Numbered from the stretch's first letter, positions 19,952-30,083 are shown. The stretch is 64,000 nt of DNA from Candidatus Marinacidobacterales bacterium (GCA_965219415.1 CBDCNP010000002.1:672001-736000), one strand, 5' to 3'. Numbers and translations: made by a program. Notes: generated by a model from the letters alone, not told the origin.

Positions 19952-21301
19952 GTGAGCCAACCTGGACTCTTCGGCGAGCCGAAAGACAAACACCCCGGGA
20001 CTTTCGACGCTCACACGCCCCTCGCGGAGCGTATGCGCCCTCGAGACCTCGACGAGATATTGGGGCAGGATGAAATTGTCGGGCCCGGCACCCCCCTTCG
20101 CGCCGCGGTCGACAAAGACACCGTGGGCTCCTTGCTATTGTGGGGGCCTCCTGGCTCGGGAAAAACCACATTGGCTAGGGTCATTGCTCATCGCACCAAG
20201 TCCTACTTCGTCCCCTACTCGGCGGTACTTTCCGGGATCAAAGAGATTCGAGCCGTCATGCAAGACGCCGAGCGCCAACGGCGGCTACACGGCAAGAAAA
20301 CGATTTTGTTCGTCGACGAGATTCATCGCTTCAACAAAGCCCAGCAGGATGCTTTCCTCCCACACGTCGAGTCCGGTAACGTCATTTTGATCGGAGCGAC
20401 CACCGAAAATCCGTCGTTCGAGGTGAACGCCGCGCTCTTGTCCCGCTGCCGTGTCGTGATCCTGCGGCAACTGGGCTCTGACCATCTCGAAGAAGTAATA
20501 CGACGAGCCCTAGCCGACAACGAAAGGGGGCTGGGTGCCGGCAGGATCGAAATCGAACCCGACGCGCTCGGGTGGTTAGCGCGGCAAGCGAACGGTGATG
20601 GCCGATTCGTGCTCAACGTGCTCGAGGTGGCGGTGGCCGCAAAACCGGAGGGAACGATCTCGCTTGGGGATTTCGAAAAGGTCGTCCAGCGAAAGGCGCT
20701 GCTCTACGACAAAAGCGGCGAGGAGCATTTCAACATAATCTCGGCGCTTCACAAGTCGCTCCGCAATTCCGATCCCGACGCCGGGCTCTATTGGCTGGCT
20801 CGCATGCTGGAGGCTGGCGAAGATCCCCTCTATGTGGCGCGCCGCTTGGTTCGCTTCGCCTCTGAGGACGTGGGGCTGGCCGATCCCCAGGCGCTCTCGG
20901 TGGCGATGGCGGCGAAGGAAGCTTTTCATTTCATCGGCCCCCCCGAAGGGAAATTGGCCCTCGCTCAAGCTGTCGTCTACCTAGCGGCCGCACCCAAGTC
21001 CAACGCGATCTACCGTGCGTACGGGGAAGCCGCCGATGACGCGCTCAAGGAAGCCACCGAGCCGGTTCCGTTGCACCTGCGTAACGCCGTCACGAAATCC
21101 ATGAAGAGCTGGGGCTACGGTCGAGGCTACCAGTACGCGCATGACTTCGATGAGAAGACGACCGACATGGAGTGCTTGCCGGAAAGTCTTGCCGGTAAGG
21201 TTTACTACCGCCCGACCGATGAGGGCTTCGAGGACGCTCTACGCGAGCGCCTCAAAACTGTACGGAAGCAGAAAAGGAAGCTAAGGAAGGAATCGAAGTA
21301 A
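19952..21301 (+). CDS. rarA: Replication-associated recombination protein A (MgsA/RarA)
   Basis: PLAERMRP, GPPGSGKTT, DEIHRFNKAQQD, GATTENPSF and SALHKSLRNSD. Confidence 0.96.
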   Translation: MSQPGLFGEPKDKHPGTFDAHTPLAERMRPRDLDEILGQDEIVGPGTPLRAAVDKDTVGSLLLWGPPGSGKTTLARVIAHRTKSYFVPYSAVLSGIKEIRAVMQDAERQRRLHGKKTILFVDEIHRFNKAQQDAFLPHVESGNVILIGATTENPSFEVNAALLSRCRVVILRQLGSDHLEEVIRRALADNERGLGAGRIEIEPDALGWLARQANGDGRFVLNVLEVAVAAKPEGTISLGDFEKVVQRKALLYDKSGEEHFNIISALHKSLRNSDPDAGLYWLARMLEAGEDPLYVARRLVRFASEDVGLADPQALSVAMAAKEAFHFIGPPEGKLALAQAVVYLAAAPKSNAIYRAYGEAADDALKEATEPVPLHLRNAVTKSMKSWGYGRGYQYAHDFDEKTTDMECLPESLAGKVYYRPTDEGFEDALRERLKTVRKQKRKLRKESK

Positions 21302-21319
21302 AGGAAAATGGAGGGATCT

Positions 21320-21928
21320 ATGAAGCAATTCGTTAAACCAATCCTCGTTCTCACGATCGCCGCGTTGTCCGTGATCCTGGCGGTTGCGAGTGTCGGGGCC
21401 CAGGGGACGCTGAAGGTCGGCGACAAGGCGCCCGACTTTCCGCACCCGTTCGCGTCGACGGCCGGAGAGCCGGGCAAGATCAAGGTTCAGACGTCCGACT
21501 TCCTCGGGAAGAAGAACATCGTTTTGGCTTTTTACGTTGCTGACTGGACCGGCGGATGAACGCGTCAATTCTCGTCCTACAAGGACGACATCCAGAAGTT
21601 TCTGGATGCGAACGCCCAGGTCCTGGGAGTCAGCACCGACTCCCCGTTCTCTCAAGCAAAATGGCTGGAAAGCCTGGGTATCGCGAGCAAGGACACGCGA
21701 GTAGCGTCGTCCGGCGACTCGCTGCCTGGATTGATCCTGCTTTCTGATCGGAATGCGGATCTCGTCAAAGCCTATGGCGTCGACACATTCGATATCGATG
21801 GCGGCGTCTACGCGAAGCGGGCCACGTTCGTGATCGACAAAAAGGGAGTCCTTCGTTACGTGAACTACGAGTATAAGATCAATGAAGACTACGAGCCTCT
21901 CATGAAGGTGCTTGCCGAGCTCGATTAG
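21320..21928 (+). CDS. Exported AhpC/TSA peroxiredoxin-like protein with probable selenocysteine (UGA at 21557-21559)
   Basis: ORFs 21308-21559 and 21731-21928 are one frame. Read-through gives LKVGDKAPDF..IVLAFYVADWTGG-U-TRQFSSY..VLGVSTDSPF..LLSD..YGV..RATFVIDKKG. The TGA sits at the peroxidatic Cys position. N-terminal signal peptide present. Confidence 0.85.
21572..21608 (+). promoter_or_regulatory. Putative bacterial SECIS-like hairpin(s) downstream of the UGA
   Basis: TCGTCCT-ACA-AGGACGA starts 12 nt after the TGA and is immediately followed by CATCCAGAA-GT-TTCTGGATG. Confidence 0.5.
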
Positions 21929-21945
21929 GCGATTCAGGGAAAACG

Positions 21946-22674
21946 GTGGAGGTACCCAAGGAGGTGCGCCTCATCCGTCTCGAGTGCGGTAAGGCCAACG
22001 CCATCGACCTGCGTCTCCTGAAGACGCTTTCGGATGCGCTAGAGGCTGCCCGCGCCGATAGTTGTCGAGCGGTGGTTGTCACCGGGTACGAACAGTTTTT
22101 CTCCGCCGGGCTCAATTTGAAAAGCCTCCCCGACTCACGCGAGGGGATGACGGGCTTCGTTCAAGAGTTCGAGAACGGACTGCGTCACTTGCTCACTTTC
22201 CCGCTTCCGGTGGTTGCCGCTATCAATGGGCATGCCATTGCCGGGGGATGCGTTTTTGCTTCGGCATGTGATTTGCGCTTCGCAGCCGAAGGTTCCTACC
22301 AAATCGGTTTGTCGGAAGTGGACGTGGGACTCCCCTTCCCGGGCTTGGCTCTTGCTGTCATGAAGAACACGATTTCCAATCGCTGGCTGACCGATTTGGT
22401 TTTGGGAGCTCGTCTGCTAACTCCCGACGAGGCGACTGAGGTGGGCATTGTGCACGAGGTCGTCCCGGCGGAGCGGTTGCTCGATGAGGCGGCCGCCCAA
22501 GCGGTACGATTGGGAGCAAAACCCCAGCCGGCCTTTCGGTTAACGAAGGAGGCGATGCACCAGGACCTTCTAACTCGAGTCGAGTCGGTCGCCGAAGAGA
22601 CGCGGAAACAGTTTCTCGACTGCTGGTTTTCGAAGGAAGTGCGAGGGCGACGGGAAGAACTGCTGAAACGATAG
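21946..22674 (+). CDS. Enoyl-CoA hydratase/isomerase family protein
   Basis: FFSAGLNL, PVVAAINGHAIAGG and IGLSEVDVG crotonase motifs. Confidence 0.92.
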   Translation: MEVPKEVRLIRLECGKANAIDLRLLKTLSDALEAARADSCRAVVVTGYEQFFSAGLNLKSLPDSREGMTGFVQEFENGLRHLLTFPLPVVAAINGHAIAGGCVFASACDLRFAAEGSYQIGLSEVDVGLPFPGLALAVMKNTISNRWLTDLVLGARLLTPDEATEVGIVHEVVPAERLLDEAAAQAVRLGAKPQPAFRLTKEAMHQDLLTRVESVAEETRKQFLDCWFSKEVRGRREELLKR

Positions 22675-22692
22675 AGTGTTTGGCCTGGCGGC

Positions 22693-23160
22693 CTACTCCA
22701 ACTTTTCGCCGAGACGATCGAGATCTGGCTGCAGTTCCTCGAGCATTTCCTGAAACGGAGTACGGTCGGCTGCTCCCCCGACGGGGGCCACGTCGAAGGC
22801 GGCGGTCGTTAGTAGGCCCTTCAACTGCGAGCGCACCCCGTCGGGTAGCCCGGTGAACTGAACGCCGTGAAGCACGGCACCCAGGAGTGAATCCTGCGAG
22901 TCTTCCCCCTCACCGCTCCAGACAATGTGTCCTTTGGTCTCGAAGACGCCAAGGCGGTCGAGGCTGACCTTGAGATCGACTCTCCAACCCCTTTTCAGCA
23001 GCAGATCGGTAATGAGGCAGGCGCCCGACTCGGAGAAGATCGCGGACCACTCCGCAGCCGAGGGGAAAACCGTCTTCATTGACGGCAACGGTGACGGAGT
23101 ATTTCGGGACGAATCGCCGTGCGGCGCGAGGGGGGCTCTCCTCGATCTTCGAGCTCAGGA
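22693..23160 (-). pseudogene. PilZ-domain protein with one frameshift
   Basis: RAARRFVP..GVVRDL|SESGACL..GHIVW..HGVQF, with a frameshift near 23035. Start uncertain. Confidence 0.65.
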
Positions 23161-23354
23161 CTTCGTTGAGTTTTGTGACCTCGGAAAACGTGTCGAATAT
23201 GCTCTTTCGACGACACCGGCGGGTGCGCCTTCGCCAAGTTGAAACCTGCCCAAATCGTCGCATCGTCTAGACTTACTGCTGGGAGTAAACAAGGTAAGTC
23301 GATGCCACCCGGAAAGTCAAGGATTGTGATTTTCATCACCTTATTTGGGGCCCG

Positions 23355-23382
23355 GCATTTCTCGCCATGCATTTCTCGCCAT
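23355..23382. repeat. 14-bp tandem duplication GCATTTCTCGCCAT x2
   Basis: Copies at 23355-23368 and 23369-23382, intergenic. Confidence 0.85.
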
Positions 23383-23694
23383 GTACCACCCTTTTGGTGC
23401 GGACTCCCTCCGGGCCCGCTCAGGTACCACCCATTTGAAGGAAAAGTTGGACGAGGATGTCGTTTTGGGGTACACCTCTCACTCACGTCCGTTGGCGTGT
23501 CGAAATGGAGGGGCCTTCTTGTGCTCACCAGGGTTGTCCCATTATGTGTGCTCGTTGCGTGGATGGGAGTGGGCCGCCAGGACGCAAAAACCACCACCGA
23601 AGTCTCGTACACGATAGTTGGCGGCAAGGCGATACATAGACAAGCCTTGGCAACCGCAAATCTCTCGCTAGTCAATTCCGAAGGAGAACAACAG

Positions 23695-24594
23695 ATGTTC
23701 CGCGAGCCACTAATCCTATGCGCTTTGTTGATCTTAGGTTTCGCTGTCAACAACGGCCGGCCTGCCCGCGCGCAGGTAATCAGCCTGAAGGAAGCGGTCA
23801 ATTTACCCAAACCGCCGCCCGACCATCGCATCCCCCATGGCGATGACGCGAATCGATTCGGTGACCTACGACTACCGGCAGGCGACGGGCCTTTTCCTGT
23901 GGTTATCGCCATCCATGGCGGTTGCTACCAGGCCAAGTACGACCTCACTCTGCTGAATAGCTTTTGTGCAGATCTTACCGCGGCGGGCGTTGCGACATGG
24001 AATATCGAGTATCGCCGCGTCGGAAACGAGGGTGGTGGATGGCCGGGTACATTCGAAGACATCGCCCGCGGATCGGACCATCTCCGAGTGGTGGCGCAAG
24101 ACTACCCGCTCGACTTGACTCGCGTGGTGGCGGTTGGTCACTCGGCGGGCGGGCATTTTGTCGCGTGGTTGGCCGCTCGCTCACGTCTCCCAAAGGGCAG
24201 TATTCTCTATTCAGAAAAACCGATCTCGCTTCTAGGGGTCGTGCCACTCGCCGGGGTAATGGACTCGCGTGCCGACCTCGAGGGTGGCGTCTGCGAGAAA
24301 GTAACGCCCAAGCTTCTCGGCGGCCTACCGTCCGAAGTTCCCGATCACTATTCTCAGGTCTCCGCAATCGAGTTGCTGCCGCTCGGGATACCGATTCGAT
24401 CGATCATCGGAGACCAGGACGGCCCGGTACTGATCGACATGGTCAGGCGCTACGACGAGAAGGCTCGTGCAGCAGGAGATGATTCGACGCTATCCATCGT
24501 CGAAGGAGCTGGGCATTTCGAGCTGACCACGCCGGGTAGCTTCGCCTGGGCGCTCGTGAAGGAATCGGTCCTTTCCCTCCTCGAGCCCAAATAA
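23695..24594 (+). CDS. Secreted alpha/beta hydrolase (esterase/lipase)
   Basis: AAGGAG RBS, signal peptide, IHGG oxyanion motif, GHSAGG nucleophile elbow and GAGHF. Confidence 0.9.
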   Translation: MFREPLILCALLILGFAVNNGRPARAQVISLKEAVNLPKPPPDHRIPHGDDANRFGDLRLPAGDGPFPVVIAIHGGCYQAKYDLTLLNSFCADLTAAGVATWNIEYRRVGNEGGGWPGTFEDIARGSDHLRVVAQDYPLDLTRVVAVGHSAGGHFVAWLAARSRLPKGSILYSEKPISLLGVVPLAGVMDSRADLEGGVCEKVTPKLLGGLPSEVPDHYSQVSAIELLPLGIPIRSIIGDQDGPVLIDMVRRYDEKARAAGDDSTLSIVEGAGHFELTTPGSFAWALVKESVLSLLEPK

Positions 24595-24613
24595 ACCGGG
24601 GCGGCAGCCGAAT

Positions 24614-24856
24614 CTATTGGGGAGGTGCGATCAATCGTCGCACGAAGGACTCTGCCCGGTCGAGCGCCTCCTTGGGAACAGGGCCGTGAAACTCGAGGCC
24701 CAGAAACGGCCCCGGACCCTCTACCGTCACGGTCCAACCCCCACCCTGGTTCACCGCGACCAGGGCGATCTCACCGTCTGGAACCCGCAAGGTCCTCAAG
24801 ACGCTCAAGCCATCCTCGAGAACTTTTTCGCTCGAGCACATATCGGGAGTAGACAT
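24614..24856 (-). CDS. Small hypothetical protein (80 aa)
   Basis: Strong GAGGAGG RBS before the ATG at 24856; plausible globular composition. Confidence 0.55.
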   Translation of the reverse strand: MSTPDMCSSEKVLEDGLSVLRTLRVPDGEIALVAVNQGGGWTVTVEGPGPFLGLEFHGPVPKEALDRAESFVRRLIAPPQ

Positions 24857-25145
24857 TTTTCGCCTCCTCTCGTACCAGCCTTCCGGCACTCTTGACTCGA
24901 ACAAAGCAAGAACCATTCCCCGTCGTAAATGGTGATTCTAAACAAACAGACGTGTAGAGGCTGCCAATGTTTGACGCCCCAACCTCTCAAAATGTGTGAG
25001 CCTTGTGACGCGGGACAAGGTATCCGCGTGAGGCGGATCACAATCTAAGCAAATGGGGTGGCTAACCGGCGTCTGGCTAGGTTGATGTCGCCAACCGAAC
25101 ATTTTGACGCCCGACAAGGACTGGCGCCGGTTCAAACCGGGCCGA

Positions 25146-26426
25146 CTAGCCGGCTTTGATGCGCGCCAAGGCGTCCTGGGCAGCGCGGGCTACGTCAGGA
25201 TCGGACTCCTTCGCCGCGGCTTGTAGCAGTGGAAAACTACTGTAAGAGCGCGAGGTTCCCAACGCGACGAGGGCTTGAACTCGGGGAGCAAGTGTTTCGT
25301 CGGCGGCGGCTCGCTCCAACAACTTAACAGCCCATGCGTCGCCGAGGGATTCCAAACACAGACACCCGATGTGCTGATGGATCTCGCCACCGCTTCCGAG
25401 CGAGCGCTCGATCGCTTGGTGCAGGTCGGGTGCCGCCGAGCCCGCGGAACGCGCCTCCCGATGGCACTCGGACGCCAAAACCAAGTCCCGTTCGAGAAGG
25501 CCTTTCACCAAATCGGAGCTGTCTTCCAACATCCCACTCAGGAAAGCGAGTGCACCATGAAAGGAGCCTCGCTTGAGATTGTGGGGACGATCATCGAGCG
25601 CCGAATCGTGTATCCACTCCGCAGCGTCGACGAGCTCAAGAATCTCACTGGTGCTATTGGACCGGAGGGCGTAGGCAGTCAGAAACTCCTGGATGTGTTC
25701 CGGAGTGTTGAACTCACTGCCGCCGTCCGCGTGAACCAGCCCTACCTTGGCCTCGCCAGAGGACCAACGACTCGACGTCAGCAAATGCAGGACGTCAACG
25801 TTTCGGCGCACGAGACCATGGAGCCGATCCCGTGTGAGACCGTCCCTACCGAGCGCTCTCCCCTCTTCCTGGACCAAGATCAGCCCTTCTCGCTCCAGCC
25901 GACGGAGAGCGTCACGTATGGCGGCCGCCTCTTGCCGGATCCGGGGAGCATCTCTGTCGTCGGCAAACTCGGCGGCAAGAAGCACCTTCAGTGGGACCTC
26001 GAGGGGAACCGAAGCCGGTTCTTTGGTCTGCTCGTTTCGGGAGAATTTCCGAGGAAGGTAGCCCGACGGGTGTCATAGAGACAACTCCCAAGGTAGACGG
26101 GCGACGTTTGGCGGATCGATTTTCAATCGAATGAGGAGCCGAGTCTCGGTGGGGCGCGTCTGCTCGCGAAGGTGGATGTAGAGCCGAAGGAGATCGCCTT
26201 GGAACAGGGTGTCGAAAAGCCTGGCTCCAACGTACTGGAGTTCTTCCGGGTTGAGCTCGTCAAGGTGGTCGACGTAGCCAACGAATCGCGGGTCGTCGAA
26301 GGGCATGTGGATCTGCACCGGTAGCGTAGAACGGCCAAACTCATCCCAACCCACGGCCGAATAGAAGCCGGGTGTCGGGTCCGTCCACACAGCTAGCAGA
26401 AGATCCTGGTGTTCAAGCCCCTTCAT
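25146..26426 (-). pseudogene. CHAT-like N-terminus joined to HEAT-repeat C-terminus; frameshifted, with an apparent central deletion
   Basis: GARLFDTLF..RLKIDPPNVARLPWE (CHAT-associated), VDVLHLL, then HIQEFLTAYAL (NACHT-adjacent H.xxQEFL.A motif) and HEAT repeats (RVQALVALG, DPDVARAAQDAL). Confidence 0.6.
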
Positions 26427-26641
26427 GCCGTTCTTCCTGGCGCGCCACGATGGGACCCCGGAGAAACCAATCCCTCTGAGGCCACAAGTGCATCAATCTT
26501 AGGAGTTTGCCGCGCTTTCTACACTATTCCGAGCTTCTTGTCAAGGTCTCGGACCGAAGGCATTTATTTTCAACGGGATCCAGGGTACACACCGGAACAC
26601 GGCTTTTGCTCGTGGGGCATCAAGCCTCCTGACCCGATCCT

Positions 26642-26730
26642 CTTGCGATTACCCCATTCGGGTGGGGCATGATGGCCCTGAGCATCCCCTTGCGATTACC
26701 CCATTCGGGTGGGGCATGGTGGCCCTGAGC
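26642..26730. repeat. Two 42-bp direct repeats (period 47), each with a GC hairpin; REP-like or terminator
   Basis: CTTGCGATTACCCCATTCGGGTGGGGCATGRTGGCCCTGAGC at 26642-26683 and 26689-26730, with one mismatch. Confidence 0.85.
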
Positions 26731-26744
26731 CGCCGTGGACGTCG

Positions 26745-27524
26745 CTATCCCTTGAAATTGGCCTGCAGGATGTTCATCCGGTAGTCATCGCCTTCCATTT
26801 GGACATCTCTGCACATTTCGTAGAGTCGCGACCGGAGGCGAGAAGTGATCCTCTCCGACAAAGTATATTCTTCGGTCGGCGGGCGTTTGCCAAACCCGGG
26901 GGTCGGGGTGGATCGCGCCGCTCCTCGACGATCTGAGAAATTGGTCGTGATGACGGTGAGCTTCTTTTCGTTGTACCTGTGGTTCAGGATATAGAAGAGC
27001 GTATCGAACACCCAGAGAGTTGAGTTTTCTCCGCCAAGATCGTCGAGCACCAGCAGCTCCGACTCGAGCACCGGCTGCAGGACTCCCATCTCCGTGACCG
27101 AGGTTTCCGGACTGTACGATTCCTTTATTTCCCGCAGGAGCGCGCGGAAATCGGCGAAACGAGTACGGGTCCGAATACGTCTCTCCACCAACACACGCCT
27201 GCAAATGGCAACGGCTAGATGGGTTTTCCCAACCCCGGGAGGTCCGCTAAAAAGGAGACCGGCCTCGTTGTCCGGGAACTCGTCGGCCCACTTCCCCGCA
27301 ATCTTGCAGGCCTGCGCCAACTTAGGGCGGAGCAGCTCGAAGGGCTTCCCACCACTCCGGTCGTCGAACGCGCAGTCGCGATACCGAGACGGGACCCGGG
27401 CCTGCCCCATAGAGGAGCCGGTAGTGTCACCCAGCCAACAATCGCACCGCTCTACACGAACGACACCATCGCGTTCGAGCCACCTCCACGACGTGCCGTC
27501 ACAAATGGAACAAGGAGCGCTCAA
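26745..27524 (-). CDS. DnaC/IstB-like AAA+ ATPase with N-terminal Zn motif
   Basis: CSICDG..CDC, Walker A GPPGVGKT, Walker B LLVLDDLG, ITTNF and RLRSRLYEMC. Confidence 0.88.
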   Translation of the reverse strand: MSAPCSICDGTSWRWLERDGVVRVERCDCWLGDTTGSSMGQARVPSRYRDCAFDDRSGGKPFELLRPKLAQACKIAGKWADEFPDNEAGLLFSGPPGVGKTHLAVAICRRVLVERRIRTRTRFADFRALLREIKESYSPETSVTEMGVLQPVLESELLVLDDLGGENSTLWVFDTLFYILNHRYNEKKLTVITTNFSDRRGAARSTPTPGFGKRPPTEEYTLSERITSRLRSRLYEMCRDVQMEGDDYRMNILQANFKG

Positions 27525-28492
27525 TTGAGGAAACCCCGCATGGCCTGGGCCGTGTTCGAACGACGCAACTTGGCGATGGCCCTCGATTCGATCTGCCGAA
27601 TCCGTTCCCGCGAAAGTCGTAGCCGATCCCCGATTTGCCGAAGGGTCTGGGGCTCCTCGCCGTCGAGGCCGAAGCGAAGCCGAACAACATTCGCCTCCTT
27701 GGAACCGAGCACGGTCAGAAGTTCTTCGATTTGCCCCAAGAAAGACTTCCGAATCAGCTCCACCTCGATCTGAGGATCGGTTCTCTGCTCCAAACGGTCG
27801 CTCAACTCGATGTCTCCGTCCTCGCCCACCGTTTCCGACAACGAGACATCGTGGCCGGAAATAGCGATAAATGTGTTCACCGCATCGAGTGAAAGGTCAA
27901 GCGTCGCCGCTACTTCTTCCGGGGCCGGCGTGCCCTTGTCATCTACGTCAGCCTTAAACTCGCGCTCGATGCGACCGAAAGCCATGGCCATGCGTGACGG
28001 GACGCTAAAGACGCGGGTGTGCTCCGAAACCGCTTGAATGATGGATTGTCGAATCCACCAGACCGCGTATGAAATGAACTTGACGTTGCGGTCCGGATCG
28101 AATCGACGCGCTGCTTGAATCAATCCTAGGTTCCCCTCGTGTATGAGGTCTAAGAATGACAACCCTAAACCTCTGAAGCGTTTAGCATAACTCACACCGA
28201 ATCGCAGGTTGCACTCCACGAGCTTTCGGAGCGCGTCCTCGTCCCCTTGCCTAATTCGGTGCCCTAGACTTTTCTCATCCTCGGGGGTTAGGCGAGGAAA
28301 CTTGCTGATTTGGCGTATGTAATGGCTGAGCGTTGCCGCGTCGTCGGATGAAAGCCCCCATCCCCGTGCGGCCCGCATGAGCCGATCATGCCGCAGGTGT
28401 GCCCTTCTCGGCAAGGCTTGTCGGGTCATGTACTCGTCATCAGGTCTTACCTTTTTGTAGGGAGGAAAGGGGGTCGTTTTTTCGTCGATCAC
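27521..28492 (-). CDS. RNA polymerase sigma-70 family factor (RpoD/RpoH-like, lacking region 1.1)
   Basis: NLRF, DLIHEGNLGLIQAARRFDP, KFISYAVWWIRQSI and LSRERIRQIE. The true start may be the ATG near 28378. Confidence 0.92.
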   Translation of the reverse strand: MIDEKTTPFPPYKKVRPDDEYMTRQALPRRAHLRHDRLMRAARGWGLSSDDAATLSHYIRQISKFPRLTPEDEKSLGHRIRQGDEDALRKLVECNLRFGVSYAKRFRGLGLSFLDLIHEGNLGLIQAARRFDPDRNVKFISYAVWWIRQSIIQAVSEHTRVFSVPSRMAMAFGRIEREFKADVDDKGTPAPEEVAATLDLSLDAVNTFIAISGHDVSLSETVGEDGDIELSDRLEQRTDPQIEVELIRKSFLGQIEELLTVLGSKEANVVRLRFGLDGEEPQTLRQIGDRLRLSRERIRQIESRAIAKLRRSNTAQAMRGFLN

Positions 28493-28496
28493 TTAC

Positions 28497-29425
28497 ATGG
28501 CAAGAAAGACTACGTTTCGTCCCAGCGGGCTATTTGGTCGAGGTTACCAACCGAACATTCCAAGGGCGCTATCTACTTCCACCCACTCCTGAATTCAAGG
28601 ACATTGTTGTCGGCGTTCTCGGCAGAGCCCAGGCGCGCTTTCGCATGACCATTCACGCGTTCATCTTCCTCTCCAACCACTACCACATGCTGGTTTCACC
28701 GAGCAGCGCGAAACAACTGGCCGACTTCATGTGTTTCGTGGACGGCAACATAGCTAAGGAGGCTATCCGATACGTCGGTTGCTGGAAAGGCAATGTCTGG
28801 GAGGGCCCCTATCACTCCATTGTTGTCAGCAACGAGGAGCGAGCACACGTTGCCCGCCTCAAGTACGTTTTGTCCAACGGTTGCAAGGAAGGGCTCGTGG
28901 CGAGGCCCCAGCAGTGGACCGGCGCCAGCACCGCTTCCGCCCTGTGGAGGGGGATCAAAACCATCAAAGGTCGGTGGTTTGACCGAACTAAGGAATACCG
29001 TGCTCGGCAATTGGGCAAGTTTGAGACACACGAATCTGTCGAAACCGTTGCTCTCACTCCGCTACCCTGCTGGGTTGACCTCGACGACCATGTTCACACG
29101 GCAAGAGTGCGGGCTCTCATCGGCGAGATCGAAATCGAAACTGCCGAGATGCAGCGCAGGAACGGAACCGCCCCGTTGGGTATGAAAGCAGTACTCCGAC
29201 GGAATCCCCTTGACCAACCGGAAGACTTCAAACGCACTCCCGCGCCCCTTTTTCATGCCGCCACTCAGGAGGTTAGGCGACGGCTCCGGGAAGCCTACAG
29301 CACCTTCGTGATGAACTATCGAGAGGGCTGCAGAAAAACTCCAGAACGGCGATCTTGCAGTGTGTTTCCCACGAGGAAGTTTCCCTCCCCCGCGTCCCTT
29401 CGTCGCCGTGCTCGAACCCACCTAG
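28497..29425 (+). mobile_element. RAYT-like HUH (Y1) transposase, two apparent frameshifts
   Basis: Corrected reading MARRLRFVP..VEVTNRT..FIFLSNHYHMLV (HUH)..WEGPYHS..KYVLSNGCKEGLV..W, with C-terminus FPRGSFPPPRPFV. Extra bases near 28505 and 29325. Confidence 0.8.
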
Positions 29426-29615
29426 CCGTCCAAAAAATGACGCGGCGGTACCGAGCAACTGTGCGAGAGTTTGCCTGTTTTGCTCCGGTGCGCCGACAAC
29501 CTAGCCTCCTGCTCGTCCTGACGACCGCCGTTTCCTACCACGACAGCGATGAACACCAGGTGTAGCGCCCACCAGTACCTCGATCAGGGCCGCTCGAGGT
29601 AAATGGGTGCGCCCC

Positions 29616-30083
29616 TTAAGCGTCCTCTGACCAGGCGTCCTCTAGGCGTCCTCTAGAGTCTTGGGGAACCTTGACCAAGTCACGCGGCGGAAGTTTTACC
29701 AGAGCGTTCTTCACGCGATCCTTCCACCCTGCCTCTTCCTTCATCATTTCCCCGCGCACATACTCGATGAATTCGCTCACCTCGGCCTGCATCTGTTCCA
29801 TCTTCCGCCGCATATTCAAAATAATCTCGACCCCCGCAAGGTTCACACCCAGATCGCGCGTGAGGTTGAGGACCGTTTCTAGCTGACGAAGATCCTCTTC
29901 CGAGTAGAGCCGGGTGTTGCCTTCAGTGCGAGAAGGCTTCAGCAGACCCTCGCGCTCGTAGAGCCGTAGGGTCTGGGGATGAATCCCGTAGGTCTGCGCC
30001 ACGGCGCTGATCATGTAATAGCCTTTTCCCTTGGGACGGCCTCCTCGAGATTTCTCGCGCGGTGGCGGAGTCGATCGTTTCAC
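29616..30083 (-). CDS. hspR: MerR-family heat-shock repressor HspR
   Basis: YMISAVAQTYGIHPQTLRLYEREGLLKPSRTEGNTRLYS..DLGVNLAGVEIIL; overlaps the dnaJ stop. Confidence 0.88.
   Translation of the reverse strand: MKRSTPPPREKSRGGRPKGKGYYMISAVAQTYGIHPQTLRLYEREGLLKPSRTEGNTRLYSEEDLRQLETVLNLTRDLGVNLAGVEIILNMRRKMEQMQAEVSEFIEYVRGEMMKEEAGWKDRVKNALVKLPPRDLVKVPQDSRGRLEDAWSEDA

Noticed and set aside
23239-23694. N-terminal extension of the hydrolase ORF
   Set aside because: The RBS and signal peptide place the start at 23695; the upstream stretch looks regulatory.
26642-26730. Mini-CRISPR
   Set aside because: Only two units separated by 5 nt; no spacer.
26745-27524. IS21 element or prophage replication module
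   Set aside because: No IstA transposase, terminal repeats or phage genes adjacent; the gene is coupled to a sigma factor.
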